From contig JBKBYA010000001.1 in the NCBI GenBank assembly GCA_046313635.1, positions 439,836-503,835 of the forward strand: 64,000 bases of DNA, in the 5' to 3' direction. The notes beneath the pieces are model-generated. The model ran no database searches. It had not been told where the DNA came from and saw only the letters and a list, made by a program, of their open reading frames with translations. Both the position numbers and the translations under genes were made by a program. This document shows positions 1 to 9,782 of the stretch, piece by piece (position 1 is the first letter of the stretch; each line of letters starts with the position of its first letter). This stretch comes from Pyrinomonadaceae bacterium (GTDB lineage: Bacteria; Acidobacteriota; Blastocatellia; Pyrinomonadales; Pyrinomonadaceae).

Positions 1-651
1 CCGGTGATGTGGGGCTGGATGCTGGCGGGCGTCGCGATCGCGTTCGTCTTTGCGCTGGCGTTTCGCAATGCGCGTTCGGTAAAGGATTACGGACTCGGTG
101 AAGCTCCGTACGGCACAGAGATGGTCAAGGCGGTGATCCCGGCGGCGGCGATCGTCGCATTTATCTGGGTGATGAACTCGTACAACGGCGTCCCGATCCC
201 GGTGCTGATACTGCTCGTCGTCGCGCTCGCCGGTGCCTTTATCACCAACTCGACCGTCTTCGGCCGGTACCTCTACGCGATCGGCGGCAATGCCGACGCG
301 GCACGTCTCTCGGGCATCGACAACAAGCGAAACGTGCTCAAGGTCTTTGCACTGCTCGGCACGCTCACGGGCATTGCGGCGCTCATCTTTACCGCCCGCG
401 TCGGCAGCGGCGAGCCCGGAGCCGGCACGCTCAAAGAGCTCGACGCGATCGCCGCATGCGTCATCGGCGGGGCCTCGCTCGTCGGCGGACGCGGGACGAT
501 CTTTGGCGCGTGCCTCGGCGCGCTGATCATGGCGAGCCTCGACAACGGAATGTCGCTGCTCGGCGTCAAGGACTTTCTGCAGGACATCATCAAGGGCGGG
601 ATACTCGTCGCCGCGGTCGGTCTCGATATGGCGGGCCGGTCGCGGACCTAA
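1..651 (+). CDS. Sugar ABC transporter permease (XylH/RbsC-like), 5'-truncated by window edge
   Basis: Hydrophobic ORF with FGRYLYAIGGNADAARLSGI and ELDAIAACVIGGASLVGGRGTI motifs of BPD_transp_2 permeases. Confidence 0.9.
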   Translation, partial: PVMWGWMLAGVAIAFVFALAFRNARSVKDYGLGEAPYGTEMVKAVIPAAAIVAFIWVMNSYNGVPIPVLILLVVALAGAFITNSTVFGRYLYAIGGNADAARLSGIDNKRNVLKVFALLGTLTGIAALIFTARVGSGEPGAGTLKELDAIAACVIGGASLVGGRGTIFGACLGALIMASLDNGMSLLGVKDFLQDIIKGGILVAAVGLDMAGRSRT

Positions 652-678
652 GCGGCGCCGATACTTGAGAGGTGCGAT

Positions 679-1254
679 ATGAAGAACTTTATAAAACTCC
701 GAACAATGACGTGGCTTGCAGCATTGCCGCTCGTGATCGTGCTGGGTGGTCCGCTGCTCTCGCACGCCCAATCGCGTACGTCATTCGAAGCGCGTCTCAA
801 GGAACTCAAGATCGAATTGCCGCCGGCGCCGAGGCCGCTCGCGTCGTACGTCCCGGCCGTAAGGGCCGGAAATTTGATATTCCTCGCGGGCCAGGGCCCT
901 TTGCGTGCCGGAGTGCCGACGATGAACGGCAAGGTCGGCGCCGACCTGACCGAGGAGCAGGGCTATCGCGCCGCTCGCGAAACGATACTAGTGTCGCTGG
1001 CCGCCCTGCGTGCGGAGATAGGATCGCTCGACCGGGTGAAGCGCATCGTCAAGCTCACGGGCTGGGTAAACAGCGCTCCCGGATTTACGCGGCAGCCGTG
1101 GGTCGTCAACGGTGCGTCGGAACTGCTGGTCGAGATATTCGGCGATGCCGGGAAGCATGCGAGGAGCTCGGTGGGCGCCAACGAGCTGCCGCTGAACATT
1201 CCCGTCGAGATCGAGCTGGTTGTCGAGGTGATGCCGCTGCCCGCGAAGCGTTAA
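679..1254 (+). CDS. RidA/YjgF family (Rid1-like) protein with N-terminal signal peptide
   Basis: PLASYVPAVRAGNLIFLAGQ, VNGASELL, HARSSVG and LPLNIPVEIE motifs; GAGG RBS; hydrophobic leader ending LSHA-Q. Confidence 0.85.
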   Translation: MKNFIKLRTMTWLAALPLVIVLGGPLLSHAQSRTSFEARLKELKIELPPAPRPLASYVPAVRAGNLIFLAGQGPLRAGVPTMNGKVGADLTEEQGYRAARETILVSLAALRAEIGSLDRVKRIVKLTGWVNSAPGFTRQPWVVNGASELLVEIFGDAGKHARSSVGANELPLNIPVEIELVVEVMPLPAKR

Positions 1255-1259
1255 GATGA

Positions 1260-2252
1260 TCAGCCGCCGATAAAGCTCATCGACCTCGACGCAGGTTTGA
1301 AGTCCGGATCATTGATATGATGCCGGGCTTCTTTTTTGAGCGTGACGTGGCGAATGAAGTCGACGAGCTCCGAGCGCGTCGCACCGCTGCGCAGGTAATC
1401 GCGGAGGTTGTGTTCGACCATTGAGAAGAGGCACGTCCGGATCTGGCCGTCGGCCGTGAGCCTGATACGCGAGCACTGCCCGCAAAACATCTCGGTCACC
1501 GGAGCGATGATGCCGATGCCGCCCGGCGAGCCGTCGGCAAAATCGTACTTCCAGGCGGTCGAGCTGCCGCGCGTCGAGCTTCTCAGCTTGAGCGGCACGG
1601 CGGCTCCGATCTTGTCCACGATCTCGCGGCCGGGTACGACCTTTTCACGCGTCCAGTCGTGGCCCGAGTCGAGCGGCATATACTCGATGAATCGCATCTC
1701 TACGCCGTGCCGCTGCGCAAATCGAGCAAAATCGACCAACTCGTCGTCGTTGCGACCGCGGACGATCACCGCATTGATCTTGACCGGTTCGAAGCCGTGC
1801 GCCTTTGCCGCCTCGATCGCGCGAAAGACCTCCTCGAGCGAGTCCGAGCCGGTAAACTCGCGAAACCGGCGAGTATCGAGCGTGTCGAGGCTGAGCGTCA
1901 TCCGGTCGAGACCGGCGGTCTTGAGAGCCGCAGCCTTTTCCGGAACACGGAAGCCGTTGGTCGTCAGGGCGAGATCTTTAAGCGCGGGCTTGAGTTTTGC
2001 GAGGCGGCGAATGAGCTCTTCGATGTTACGCCGCAGCATCGGCTCTCCGCCCGTCAGCCGGATCTTTTCGATGCCGAGCGAGACAAAGATGTCGGAGACG
2101 TATTCGATCTCCTCAAACGTGAGCAGCGTCTCGCGGCGAGCGAGCGGCGGTTCGCCATTCGGCAGGCAGTAGAAGCAGCGAAAGTTGCACCTGTCGGTGA
2201 GCGAGATCCTGAGATCGCGGATCGTTCGATTGTGGCCGTCGGTCAAAAGCAC
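1260..2252 (-). CDS. moaA: GTP 3',8-cyclase MoaA
   Basis: LRISLTDRCNFRCFYC radical SAM motif, FCGQCSRIRLTADG, C-terminal IGG. GTG 2252 chosen from the promoter position; alternative ATG 2306. Confidence 0.95.
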   Translation of the reverse strand: MLLTDGHNRTIRDLRISLTDRCNFRCFYCLPNGEPPLARRETLLTFEEIEYVSDIFVSLGIEKIRLTGGEPMLRRNIEELIRRLAKLKPALKDLALTTNGFRVPEKAAALKTAGLDRMTLSLDTLDTRRFREFTGSDSLEEVFRAIEAAKAHGFEPVKINAVIVRGRNDDELVDFARFAQRHGVEMRFIEYMPLDSGHDWTREKVVPGREIVDKIGAAVPLKLRSSTRGSSTAWKYDFADGSPGGIGIIAPVTEMFCGQCSRIRLTADGQIRTCLFSMVEHNLRDYLRSGATRSELVDFIRHVTLKKEARHHINDPDFKPASRSMSFIGG

Positions 2253-2259
2253 TGTGGGA

Positions 2260-2287
2260 ATGATAGTACTTTGCTCAGCGGTGACAA
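2260..2287 (-). promoter_or_regulatory. Sigma-70-like promoter of moaA (likely leaderless)
   Basis: TTGTCA-N16-TATCAT on the minus strand, 7 nt before in-frame GTG 2252. Confidence 0.55.
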
Positions 2288-2306
2288 AGCCGATGTGGCC
2301 GAGCAT

Positions 2307-2341
2307 TAATTACTAATTAGTGAATTATTAATTAGTAATTA
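2307..2341. repeat. AT-rich 13-bp inverted repeat built from TAATTAG-like heptamers
   Basis: TAATTACTAATTA-N9-TAATTAGTAATTA; overlaps the queG stop codon. Confidence 0.8.
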
Positions 2342-3266
2342 GTTTTCGTTTCTTTGAGAGTGCGGCGGCGTTGCGTTTGAGTCCTGTCAGCTTTGCACGC
2401 TTGATCGCGCTGCGGCGAAAGCGCTCGGCGTATTCGGGATGCTCCATCGACTCGACGCGGTCGAGCTCGAGCGACGTCTCGCCGTAACGCGGTTCGAAAC
2501 GCGATTCGGCGGTCGGTTTTTCAAAGCGGTTCCACGGGCAGACGTCCTGGCAGACGTCGCAGCCGTAGAGCCAGCCGTCCAAATTGTCGGCGACGGGCCG
2601 CGGTATCTCTTCGTCGCGAAGTTCGATCGTCGCGTACGAGATGCAGCGCGTCGAATCGACGACGTACGGCTGAAGGATCGCGCCGGTCGGGCACGCGTCG
2701 AGGCACGCCGTGCACGTGCCGCAGTGATCGGCGATCGGCTCGTCGGGCTCGAGGTCGAGATCAAGAATTATCTCGCCGAGAAAGACCCACGAGCCGAGCT
2801 CGCGCGTGATGAGATTTGAGCTTTTGCCGATCCAGCCGAGGCCCGCACGCGCGGCCCACGCCTTGTCCATCACCGGTGCGGTGTCGACGCAGGCTTTGCC
2901 GGCGGCGCCGGGGAACTCTTTCGTGATCCAGTCGAGCAGTGCATTCAGCTTTTCGCGGACGACGTCGTGATAATCGTCGCCCCATGCGTAACGAGAGATC
3001 TTGCCCGCCGCATCGTCGTGCTCGTACGGCGTGTAGTAGTTGAGCGCGACGGCGACGACGGACCGCGCCTCGGGGAAGACGAGTCGCGGGTCGGCACGCT
3101 TCTCCGGGTCGCGCTCGAGCCAACGCATCTCGCCCTGAAAGCCCGCATCGAGCCACGCTTTGAACCGCGCGGCCTCGGGCTCGAGGCGCTCGAGGCGCGC
3201 GATGCCGACGAGGTCAAATCCGATCTCGCGTGCCTTTTGTTTTATCTCGAGCGAAAGCGAGCGCAT
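2328..3266 (-). CDS. queG: tRNA epoxyqueuosine(34) reductase QueG
   Basis: ISRYAWGDDYH, CGTCTACLDACPT, RCISYATIE and YGCDVCQDVCPWN motifs. Confidence 0.95.
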   Translation of the reverse strand: MRSLSLEIKQKAREIGFDLVGIARLERLEPEAARFKAWLDAGFQGEMRWLERDPEKRADPRLVFPEARSVVAVALNYYTPYEHDDAAGKISRYAWGDDYHDVVREKLNALLDWITKEFPGAAGKACVDTAPVMDKAWAARAGLGWIGKSSNLITRELGSWVFLGEIILDLDLEPDEPIADHCGTCTACLDACPTGAILQPYVVDSTRCISYATIELRDEEIPRPVADNLDGWLYGCDVCQDVCPWNRFEKPTAESRFEPRYGETSLELDRVESMEHPEYAERFRRSAIKRAKLTGLKRNAAALSKKRKLITN

Positions 3267-3293
3267 CCGTGTCGATTATGTGCGATAAGACGC

Positions 3294-3334
3294 AAACAAA
3301 AAAACGGCCGGACGGCATTTGCCAACCGGCCGTT
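3294..3334 (-). terminator. Rho-independent terminator after the TonB-dependent receptor
   Basis: Minus strand AACGGCCGG...CCGGCCGTT stem followed by a T-tract. Confidence 0.75.
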
Positions 3335-3354
3335 CAAACGGTGTCGGACGAAAG

Positions 3355-6300
3355 TTAGAAGTTCAGCTTGATACCGAACTGGAACTGTCGCGGGTCAAAG
3401 GCCGAGGTCGGGAAGCTGTAGTACTTGCTGCCCTTGCGCCGGCCAAAGGCGTTGACCGCCGTGTAGAACGGGTTGGCCGCCGCCTCATTGAAACGGTTGA
3501 AGAGGTTAAAGCCCTCGGCGATCAGATCGAGCGAGACGCGCTCGCCGAAGCGGATCTTGCGCATCAGACGAGCATCGAGCGACACGTAGTTGTGCGTGAT
3601 GCCCATATTGCGCCCGAGATTGCCGTTGGCCGGGAAAACGCCGTTCAGACAGTTTGCGTCAACGTTGATCTGGCAGAGCGAACCGTCGGCACGCACGTAC
3701 GGCCGTTCGTTCGTGCTCTGGAAGTCGCCGTTAGCGTCGCCGACCGCAAGGATGTTGAACGGACGGCCCGATCCGAACTCGAAGATCGGAGCGAACGTGA
3801 AGCCGTGCATGAACTTTTGCCAGCCGTTGCCGCTCCTCCATCTCTCGGGCGACGAGATCACGCCGCTGAAGACGAAGCGGTGACGCTGGTCAAACAGCGA
3901 ATCCGAGCGCTCGGCGCGGAAGTTCGTGTTGTCCTGCGGCTTGAGCAGCGTCTGCAGATCTGACGAGTCGTCGATCGAGTGCGACCACGTCCACGTCGCG
4001 AGGAACTGGAGGTTTTGCGAAAAGCGCTTTTTGACCTCGACATTCAGCGCGTTGTAGTACGAGTTGCCGTCCGAGAGCTGGGCGTTGACGTCGGCGTACG
4101 GATTGATCGGTCCGGGATTGGCGACGCTGCCCTGGATGGCACTGTCAAACGCCGCCTTGTTGACCAAACCGCCGGTCGCCGAGGCGACAAAGAAGTAGTT
4201 AGGCCCGAGACGGCGGAAGTAGTTGGCCGCGATCGGCGAGACGACGCGGCTGCCGAGGTTGGAGACCGGGGCGGCGACGAGTCCGGGGATCAGGGCCGCC
4301 CAGGTTGCCGACATATTCGTAAAGCACAGCGGTGCCGGAACGCCGGTCGGGCACGGCACGACACGCGGGTCGGTGCCCGACGACGGGATGCTGATCCCGA
4401 ATGCAGCTGCCGACAGGCTCGACGGATTGACGCCGAAAAATCGCCTGAAGTTCTCGCGCAACGCGTCGGTGTTGACCACGTTGACGTCCTGCGGGTGTCC
4501 GAGATGACGGGCGTTGACGGTGATGTAGCTTGCCGAGATCGCCATATCCTTGCCGATCATTCGCTCGATCGCGAGATTGCCCTGGAAGGCCTCGGGATAC
4601 TGGAAGTCTTTAGACACGTTGAGCGTGAACGGCAGGATCGGCCCGAAACCGGTAAAGGTGCTCGGGTCAAAGCGCATCTGACCGTACAGGTAGCGGGCCG
4701 ACGATGCGACGCCGCGCGTCACGGCCGAGCCGCAGATCGTCGGGACCGAGCCCTGCACGCCGCAGACCGTGCCGTGCATCACCTGAAAGGCGTTGAAGAG
4801 ACCGGTCGGCGACGGGCCGCCGATGGGCAAAAGGGTCGCCTGCTGCTGCTGCGAGCCGTCGGCGATGTTTGAGTTAAAGGCCACCGCGAGCAGCGGGTGA
4901 TCGTAGAACATACCGCCCGCGCCGCGGATGATCGTCTTGCCGTCGCCCATCACGTCCCATGCAAAGCCGACACGCGGGGCCCAGTTGTTAGAGTCGCGCG
5001 GGAAGCCCTGCGTCACATTCAGCGCGTCCTGCGCGGTCTGCACGTCCTGCTCGGTGAGCGTGATGCCCGTGAGCGGATCGCGGAACGGCGAAGGAGCGTA
5101 CTGCTCGGTAAACTCGATGTCGTAGCGGATGCCGTAGTTGATGGTGAAATTCTTGAACACCTTCCACGTATCCTGAGCAAAAAAGGCGACCGGGCGATTC
5201 TTCAGCGTGCTGCGCGGATCGCCGAAGCCCTGAATGAAAACGCTCGGAAATCCGAGACCGTACGCCTGTATCGGCGTGAACGCCGGCCCCGTGCAGCCGG
5301 TGATCAGGCCGCTGCACGCCTGCTGGCTGAAATTGAAAAGTCCCGGGAAGTTGAGCTCAAAGGTCGCGTCGCCGTCGATCCAGTTGACGTCGCCGCCGAA
5401 CTTGAATGTGTGGCTGCCCGTCGCCCACGTAACGTTGTCGCGGATCTGAATGCGACGCTCGACGCGATCGACCGGCGAGAAGGGATTGGAGCCGATAAAG
5501 CCGGTGCCCGCGATCTGCAGCGCGACGCTCGGTACCTGCGAATCGAACTTCGCTTTGCGCCGGCCAAAGTTGAAGTAGCCCTCGTTAACGAGGTTATTCG
5601 GCAGGATGGTCGTGATCGATCCGGCGAAGGACAGGTCCTTGAGGTCCTGTATTCCCGTACGCGAAAAGTCGTTCTGGCCGAGCGTCTGATTCTGCGACTC
5701 GTCCTGGATGCCGGTGATGTTGCTCGGATTGTAGCCAAAGCGGAACATCAGCTGGTTGCGGCTGTCGAGCTTGTGATCGACGCGGATCGAGCTGTAGGTC
5801 GTATCCTCAGAGATCGGAAAGATCTTGCGGAGCTGAGTGAGCGGACGAAAGGCGATGAATTCGCCGTTGGCATTGCGTGTGAGCGGGACGGGCGTGCCCG
5901 ACAGCAAAAAGCGGCCGCCGACGACCGAGCCCTGCGGCACGCCGATGCCCGGCAAAAAGTTGACGAGCGTGCTCGAGCCATTCAAAGCGGTCTGCCCGCC
6001 GATGCTCGCAAAGTGAGCGTAGGCGAGCGCGACGCTCGGGTTGGTCGACAGCGTCGACTGGATATAGGCCGCCTGTGCCGGGGTCAGATTGGTAAAGGTC
6101 TGCGCGACGGGCAGGAACGGCGAACCGATCGTGATGCTCGATGTCGCGGCGCCCGATGCGTCGCGGCCGATGATATCGCCGGTAAAAAATCCCGACTCCT
6201 GCCGCCGGCGCTGCTCAAACGATCCGAAAAAGAACGTCCTTTCTTTGACGATCGGCCCGCCTACCGTAAAGCCGTACTGCACGCGCGTGTAAGGCGGCTT

Positions 6301-7164
6301 CTTTTTGGGATCGCCGTCGATCACCGGCGCAAATGCGTTGCGGGCCTGAATGCTCTTGTCGCGGATAAAGCCAAAGAGATTGCCGCGAAAGTCGTTGCCG
6401 CCGCGCTTGGTGACGACGTTGATGATGCCGCCGGTCGCGCGGCCAAACTCGGGCAGGTACGAGTTGGTCGTGATCTGATATTCCTCGACGGCCTCCTGCG
6501 ACACGGTCGAGCGTGCGGCGTTGACCGAGTTGTCGGTAAAGTCGGCTCCGTCGACCTGCACGAGCGTCGAGCGGCCGCGCTGGCCGCCGATATTAAGGCC
6601 GGACGTCGGGGCCGGGCCGACCGGGCGGCCGTTGTCGCGCCCGACGGTCGAGATCGTCAGCGCAAAGCCGGTCGCGCTGCGCTCGTTGATCGGCAGATTT
6701 TGAATACGCGTCTGATCGATCGTGTTGGCGACCGTCGAGCGGGTCGGCTCGATCAGCTGCACATCTTCGCCCGAGACGTTGACGACCGCGTCCTGCGCGC
6801 CGACCTCGAGCTTGACGCCCAGCTCGGCGCTCTGGCCGACCGACAGCTTGACCGGCGAGATGACGACCTTTTTGAAATTGGCGGCCTCGGCGGTGATCGA
6901 GTATTCGCCGGGCGGCAGGCCGATGAATTTGTATTTGCCGTCGTCGCCCGCCGTGACGGTGCGGGTGATGCCGGTCGAGTTGTCTTTGGCGGTGACGGTA
7001 GCGCCGGCGACAACAGCCCCGTTGGGATCGGTGACCGTGCCAGCGAGGTCGGCGGCGGTCGCCTGGGCCTGTGCCCAGGCACCGACCGTCATGACCATGA
7101 CCGTCACTGCCAGGACCGCAAACCGGACCGTCGCCGAAAATAGTTTTGACGTCTTTGCTCTCAT
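3355..7164 (-). CDS. TonB-dependent receptor (Oar-like, N-terminal carboxypeptidase regulatory-like domain)
   Basis: Signal peptide, GTVTDPNGAVVAGATVT, plug motif EFGRATGGIINVVTKRG, C-terminal PRQFQFGIKLNF; AAGGAG RBS. Confidence 0.92.
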   Translation of the reverse strand: MRAKTSKLFSATVRFAVLAVTVMVMTVGAWAQAQATAADLAGTVTDPNGAVVAGATVTAKDNSTGITRTVTAGDDGKYKFIGLPPGEYSITAEAANFKKVVISPVKLSVGQSAELGVKLEVGAQDAVVNVSGEDVQLIEPTRSTVANTIDQTRIQNLPINERSATGFALTISTVGRDNGRPVGPAPTSGLNIGGQRGRSTLVQVDGADFTDNSVNAARSTVSQEAVEEYQITTNSYLPEFGRATGGIINVVTKRGGNDFRGNLFGFIRDKSIQARNAFAPVIDGDPKKKPPYTRVQYGFTVGGPIVKERTFFFGSFEQRRRQESGFFTGDIIGRDASGAATSSITIGSPFLPVAQTFTNLTPAQAAYIQSTLSTNPSVALAYAHFASIGGQTALNGSSTLVNFLPGIGVPQGSVVGGRFLLSGTPVPLTRNANGEFIAFRPLTQLRKIFPISEDTTYSSIRVDHKLDSRNQLMFRFGYNPSNITGIQDESQNQTLGQNDFSRTGIQDLKDLSFAGSITTILPNNLVNEGYFNFGRRKAKFDSQVPSVALQIAGTGFIGSNPFSPVDRVERRIQIRDNVTWATGSHTFKFGGDVNWIDGDATFELNFPGLFNFSQQACSGLITGCTGPAFTPIQAYGLGFPSVFIQGFGDPRSTLKNRPVAFFAQDTWKVFKNFTINYGIRYDIEFTEQYAPSPFRDPLTGITLTEQDVQTAQDALNVTQGFPRDSNNWAPRVGFAWDVMGDGKTIIRGAGGMFYDHPLLAVAFNSNIADGSQQQQATLLPIGGPSPTGLFNAFQVMHGTVCGVQGSVPTICGSAVTRGVASSARYLYGQMRFDPSTFTGFGPILPFTLNVSKDFQYPEAFQGNLAIERMIGKDMAISASYITVNARHLGHPQDVNVVNTDALRENFRRFFGVNPSSLSAAAFGISIPSSGTDPRVVPCPTGVPAPLCFTNMSATWAALIPGLVAAPVSNLGSRVVSPIAANYFRRLGPNYFFVASATGGLVNKAAFDSAIQGSVANPGPINPYADVNAQLSDGNSYYNALNVEVKKRFSQNLQFLATWTWSHSIDDSSDLQTLLKPQDNTNFRAERSDSLFDQRHRFVFSGVISSPERWRSGNGWQKFMHGFTFAPIFEFGSGRPFNILAVGDANGDFQSTNERPYVRADGSLCQINVDANCLNGVFPANGNLGRNMGITHNYVSLDARLMRKIRFGERVSLDLIAEGFNLFNRFNEAAANPFYTAVNAFGRRKGSKYYSFPTSAFDPRQFQFGIKLNF

Positions 7165-7401
7165 CAAGTTTCTCCTTTTACTGCCGGATGTGATTTTGTT
7201 CCGTTGGAACGCCTCGTTGCGGTGGAGACAACGGCGTGAATGCGCAAAGCCGGCAAAACCGAGCCCAGCGTCATCAGATAATGAATTGTTACCAACGGGT
7301 GACTAAAAGGCTGCAATAGCTGTGAAGTTTTTAACGCAAAAACGGCATTTAGGCAAGCAGTTACGCGGGTCCTGGCTTTTTGCCCGAGGCGGCCGGTCGG
7401 C

Positions 7402-8574
7402 TCACGGAGCTCTCGTCAGTCGAGCGAGGCCGCTGCGGGCGGCGGAGCTGAGCGATAGAGCGCGAACGAGCGTCTCGGCAGCGCGGGGCATAAAAGCCGC
7501 CCGACGAAGGATCGACGAGACGAGCAGACGGCGTCTGAAACGCGCGCGGCTCGACGCCTCATACGACCCGGCGATCGCTGCGAACGAGCGTTCTCGGCAG
7601 CCCGCAATGCACTCGGCGAGCAGCGCCGAGCTCTCTAGCGCGAGCAGCATCCCGCTGCCCGTGAAAGGGTCGATGAACGCCGCGGCGTCGCCGACCGTCA
7701 GGAGCTTGCCGAGCGGGGCCCTTTCGACGCTGCCAAAGCTCGGCACGGCGACGGCGAGCCATTCGCCCGCGCGGACGGCCGGGCCGAGCGTCTCGGCGGC
7801 GCGCGGATTCTGCATCACGATCTCGCTGACGAGAGCGTCGTTTTCGCCGCAGCGTCTGACCGCCTCGGCCCTGATCAGCATGCAGTGATTTGCCGCAGAG
7901 CCCTCGACATTGCTCAGGCCGCTGTAGCCGCCCGGGAACGAGTAGATCTCGCACGCGCCGCGCGGCACGGCCGCGCCGCGGAGGTGGCACTTGAGACCGA
8001 CGATCCTCTCCGGAGGGCGCGAATTGTCGAGCCTTGAGCCAAAGGCGCGGGCCGCGAGCTTGACCAGCGCCCGCGCCCGGCCGGTCGCGTCCACGAGCAG
8101 TCGCGGCTCGACGCGCCGCGAGACGTTCGCGGCGTCGATCGCGACCTCGCGTATCTCGCCGCCGTCGATCTCGATGCCGCGAATGCTCGCGCCTTCGACG
8201 ACGTCGGCCCCGGCCTGCCGCGCGCCGTCGAGCAGGATCGAGTCCATCGCCGCACGGCTGAGACTCAGAGCCGCGCCGCCAAAGACCTCGCTCGGCACCG
8301 CGACCGAACGACCGCTCATCGAGTAAAAAAATGTCGCGTCGATGCGGTCGCCGCCCGCGGCGAGCATCGGCTCGAGCACGTCGAGCTCGGCAAAATGCGT
8401 AAGGCACTCGGGCGAGATGAATTCGCCGCACAGCTTGTCGCGCGGAAACGTCTCTTTCTCGACGAGCACGACAGGCAGGCCGGCACTCGCGAGTCTGATC
8501 GCGAGGCTGCTGCCAGCCGGGCCCGCCCCGGCGATGACGACAGGCCTGCGGTCGGTCGTTCTATGAATGCCCAC
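7402..8574 (-). CDS. NAD(P)/FAD-dependent oxidoreductase (geranylgeranyl reductase/halogenase-like)
   Basis: VIAGAGPAG, FPRDKLCGEFIS and VGDAAAFIDPFTGSGM motifs; GTG start inferred. Confidence 0.85.
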   Translation of the reverse strand: MGIHRTTDRRPVVIAGAGPAGSSLAIRLASAGLPVVLVEKETFPRDKLCGEFISPECLTHFAELDVLEPMLAAGGDRIDATFFYSMSGRSVAVPSEVFGGAALSLSRAAMDSILLDGARQAGADVVEGASIRGIEIDGGEIREVAIDAANVSRRVEPRLLVDATGRARALVKLAARAFGSRLDNSRPPERIVGLKCHLRGAAVPRGACEIYSFPGGYSGLSNVEGSAANHCMLIRAEAVRRCGENDALVSEIVMQNPRAAETLGPAVRAGEWLAVAVPSFGSVERAPLGKLLTVGDAAAFIDPFTGSGMLLALESSALLAECIAGCRERSFAAIAGSYEASSRARFRRRLLVSSILRRAAFMPRAAETLVRALSLSSAARSGLARLTRAP

Positions 8575-8635
8575 GAGGTTATGATAGCGTCGATCCGTCG
8601 GACGGCGAATGCCCTCGCCCGCGACCCTTCGTGCT

Positions 8636-9595
8636 ATGCAGATCATTCCGTTATCGATCCCGACGCCCTTCTACGTCGGACCTGTCAACGTTTATCTCAT
8701 TAAGGCCGAACCGCTCACGCTCATCGACGTCGGGCCAAAGACGCCCGAGGCCGCCGCCGCGCTCAGGGCCGGATTGGCGGCGAGCGGCGTCGCCCTCGCA
8801 GACATCGGTCGCGTCGTGCTCACGCACGCGCACGAGGACCACTGCGGCCTTGCCAGATCGGTCCGCGACGAAGCGAAGAATGCCGAGATCCTCGTTCACG
8901 GCTGGGAGACGGGGCATCTATTCGGCCGGCTGGCGCGCGACGAGCACGAGTCGCTCCTCAAGCGCGCCGGCGTGCCGCATCACGTTTTTGAAGAGATGCG
9001 CGGACTGTACAGCGACATCAGTCTCTTGACCGACTCGCTCGCAGACGGCGAGTTCGAGCTGCTGCAGGACGAGATGGAGCTCGAATTTGAGAGCGGCACG
9101 CTTCGCGTACTGCACACGCCGGGTCACACGCCCGGTTCGTGCTCGTTCGTCCGCGAGTCAAACCGCACGCTGATCTGCGGCGACTGCGTGCTCAAGCGCA
9201 TCACGCCAAACCCGATCCTCTCGCCCGATCCGATCGACCCGCGGCGGCGCTTTCGTTCGCTCGCCGAGTATCTCGTCAGTCTCGCGAAGCTCCGCAGCTA
9301 TCGCCCGACGCTCGCGTACGGCGGTCACGGCGAGCCGATCACGGATTTTGAAGAGATCTTTAACCGCTACGTCCGCGCGATCGACGAACGCCAGCGAAAG
9401 GTCGTCTCGCTGCTCTCGCCCGACGGCTCGACCGCGTACGACGTCGCGCGAAAGCTCTTTCCGGCGTCGATCGATCACGACGTCCACCGCTTCCTGGCCG
9501 TCAGCGAGGCCGCGGCGCACCTCGACTACGCCGAGGGCGAAGGTAAGATCACGGTCGAATCTCGCGAGGGCGTCGAGGTCTACCGGCGTATGTAG
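8636..9595 (+). CDS. MBL-fold metallo-hydrolase
   Basis: THAHEDHCG, HTPGHTPG, GD and GGHG motifs; C-terminal winged-helix-like region. Confidence 0.9.
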   Translation: MQIIPLSIPTPFYVGPVNVYLIKAEPLTLIDVGPKTPEAAAALRAGLAASGVALADIGRVVLTHAHEDHCGLARSVRDEAKNAEILVHGWETGHLFGRLARDEHESLLKRAGVPHHVFEEMRGLYSDISLLTDSLADGEFELLQDEMELEFESGTLRVLHTPGHTPGSCSFVRESNRTLICGDCVLKRITPNPILSPDPIDPRRRFRSLAEYLVSLAKLRSYRPTLAYGGHGEPITDFEEIFNRYVRAIDERQRKVVSLLSPDGSTAYDVARKLFPASIDHDVHRFLAVSEAAAHLDYAEGEGKITVESREGVEVYRRM

Positions 9596-9601
9596 GCCCT
9601 C

Positions 9602-9688
9602 CTTTGCGGCCTCTGCGAGCTTTGCGTGAAAAAGATCGTTTCCCGCAGAGCACGCAAAGCTCGCAAAGCTAGAAAAGCTCGCAAAGCC
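9602..9688. repeat. Imperfect inverted repeat of CGCAAAG-type 9-mer units
   Basis: CTTTGCGGCCTCTGCGAGCTTTGCGTGAAAA ... TTTCCCGCAGAGCACGCAAAGCTCGCAAAG plus extra units. Confidence 0.7.
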
Positions 9689-9782
9689 TGATCGAGCGCC
9701 GCCGGCGTCCGTTTTTCTTTTAAGCCCCAGCGGCTATACTGAACCATCCCAAAATCAAATCGTTCGATAAAGAGTTTTGCCC

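Noticed and set aside
4897..7143. 748-aa plus-strand ORF
   Set aside because: Antisense shadow of the TonB-dependent receptor, expected in high-GC DNA
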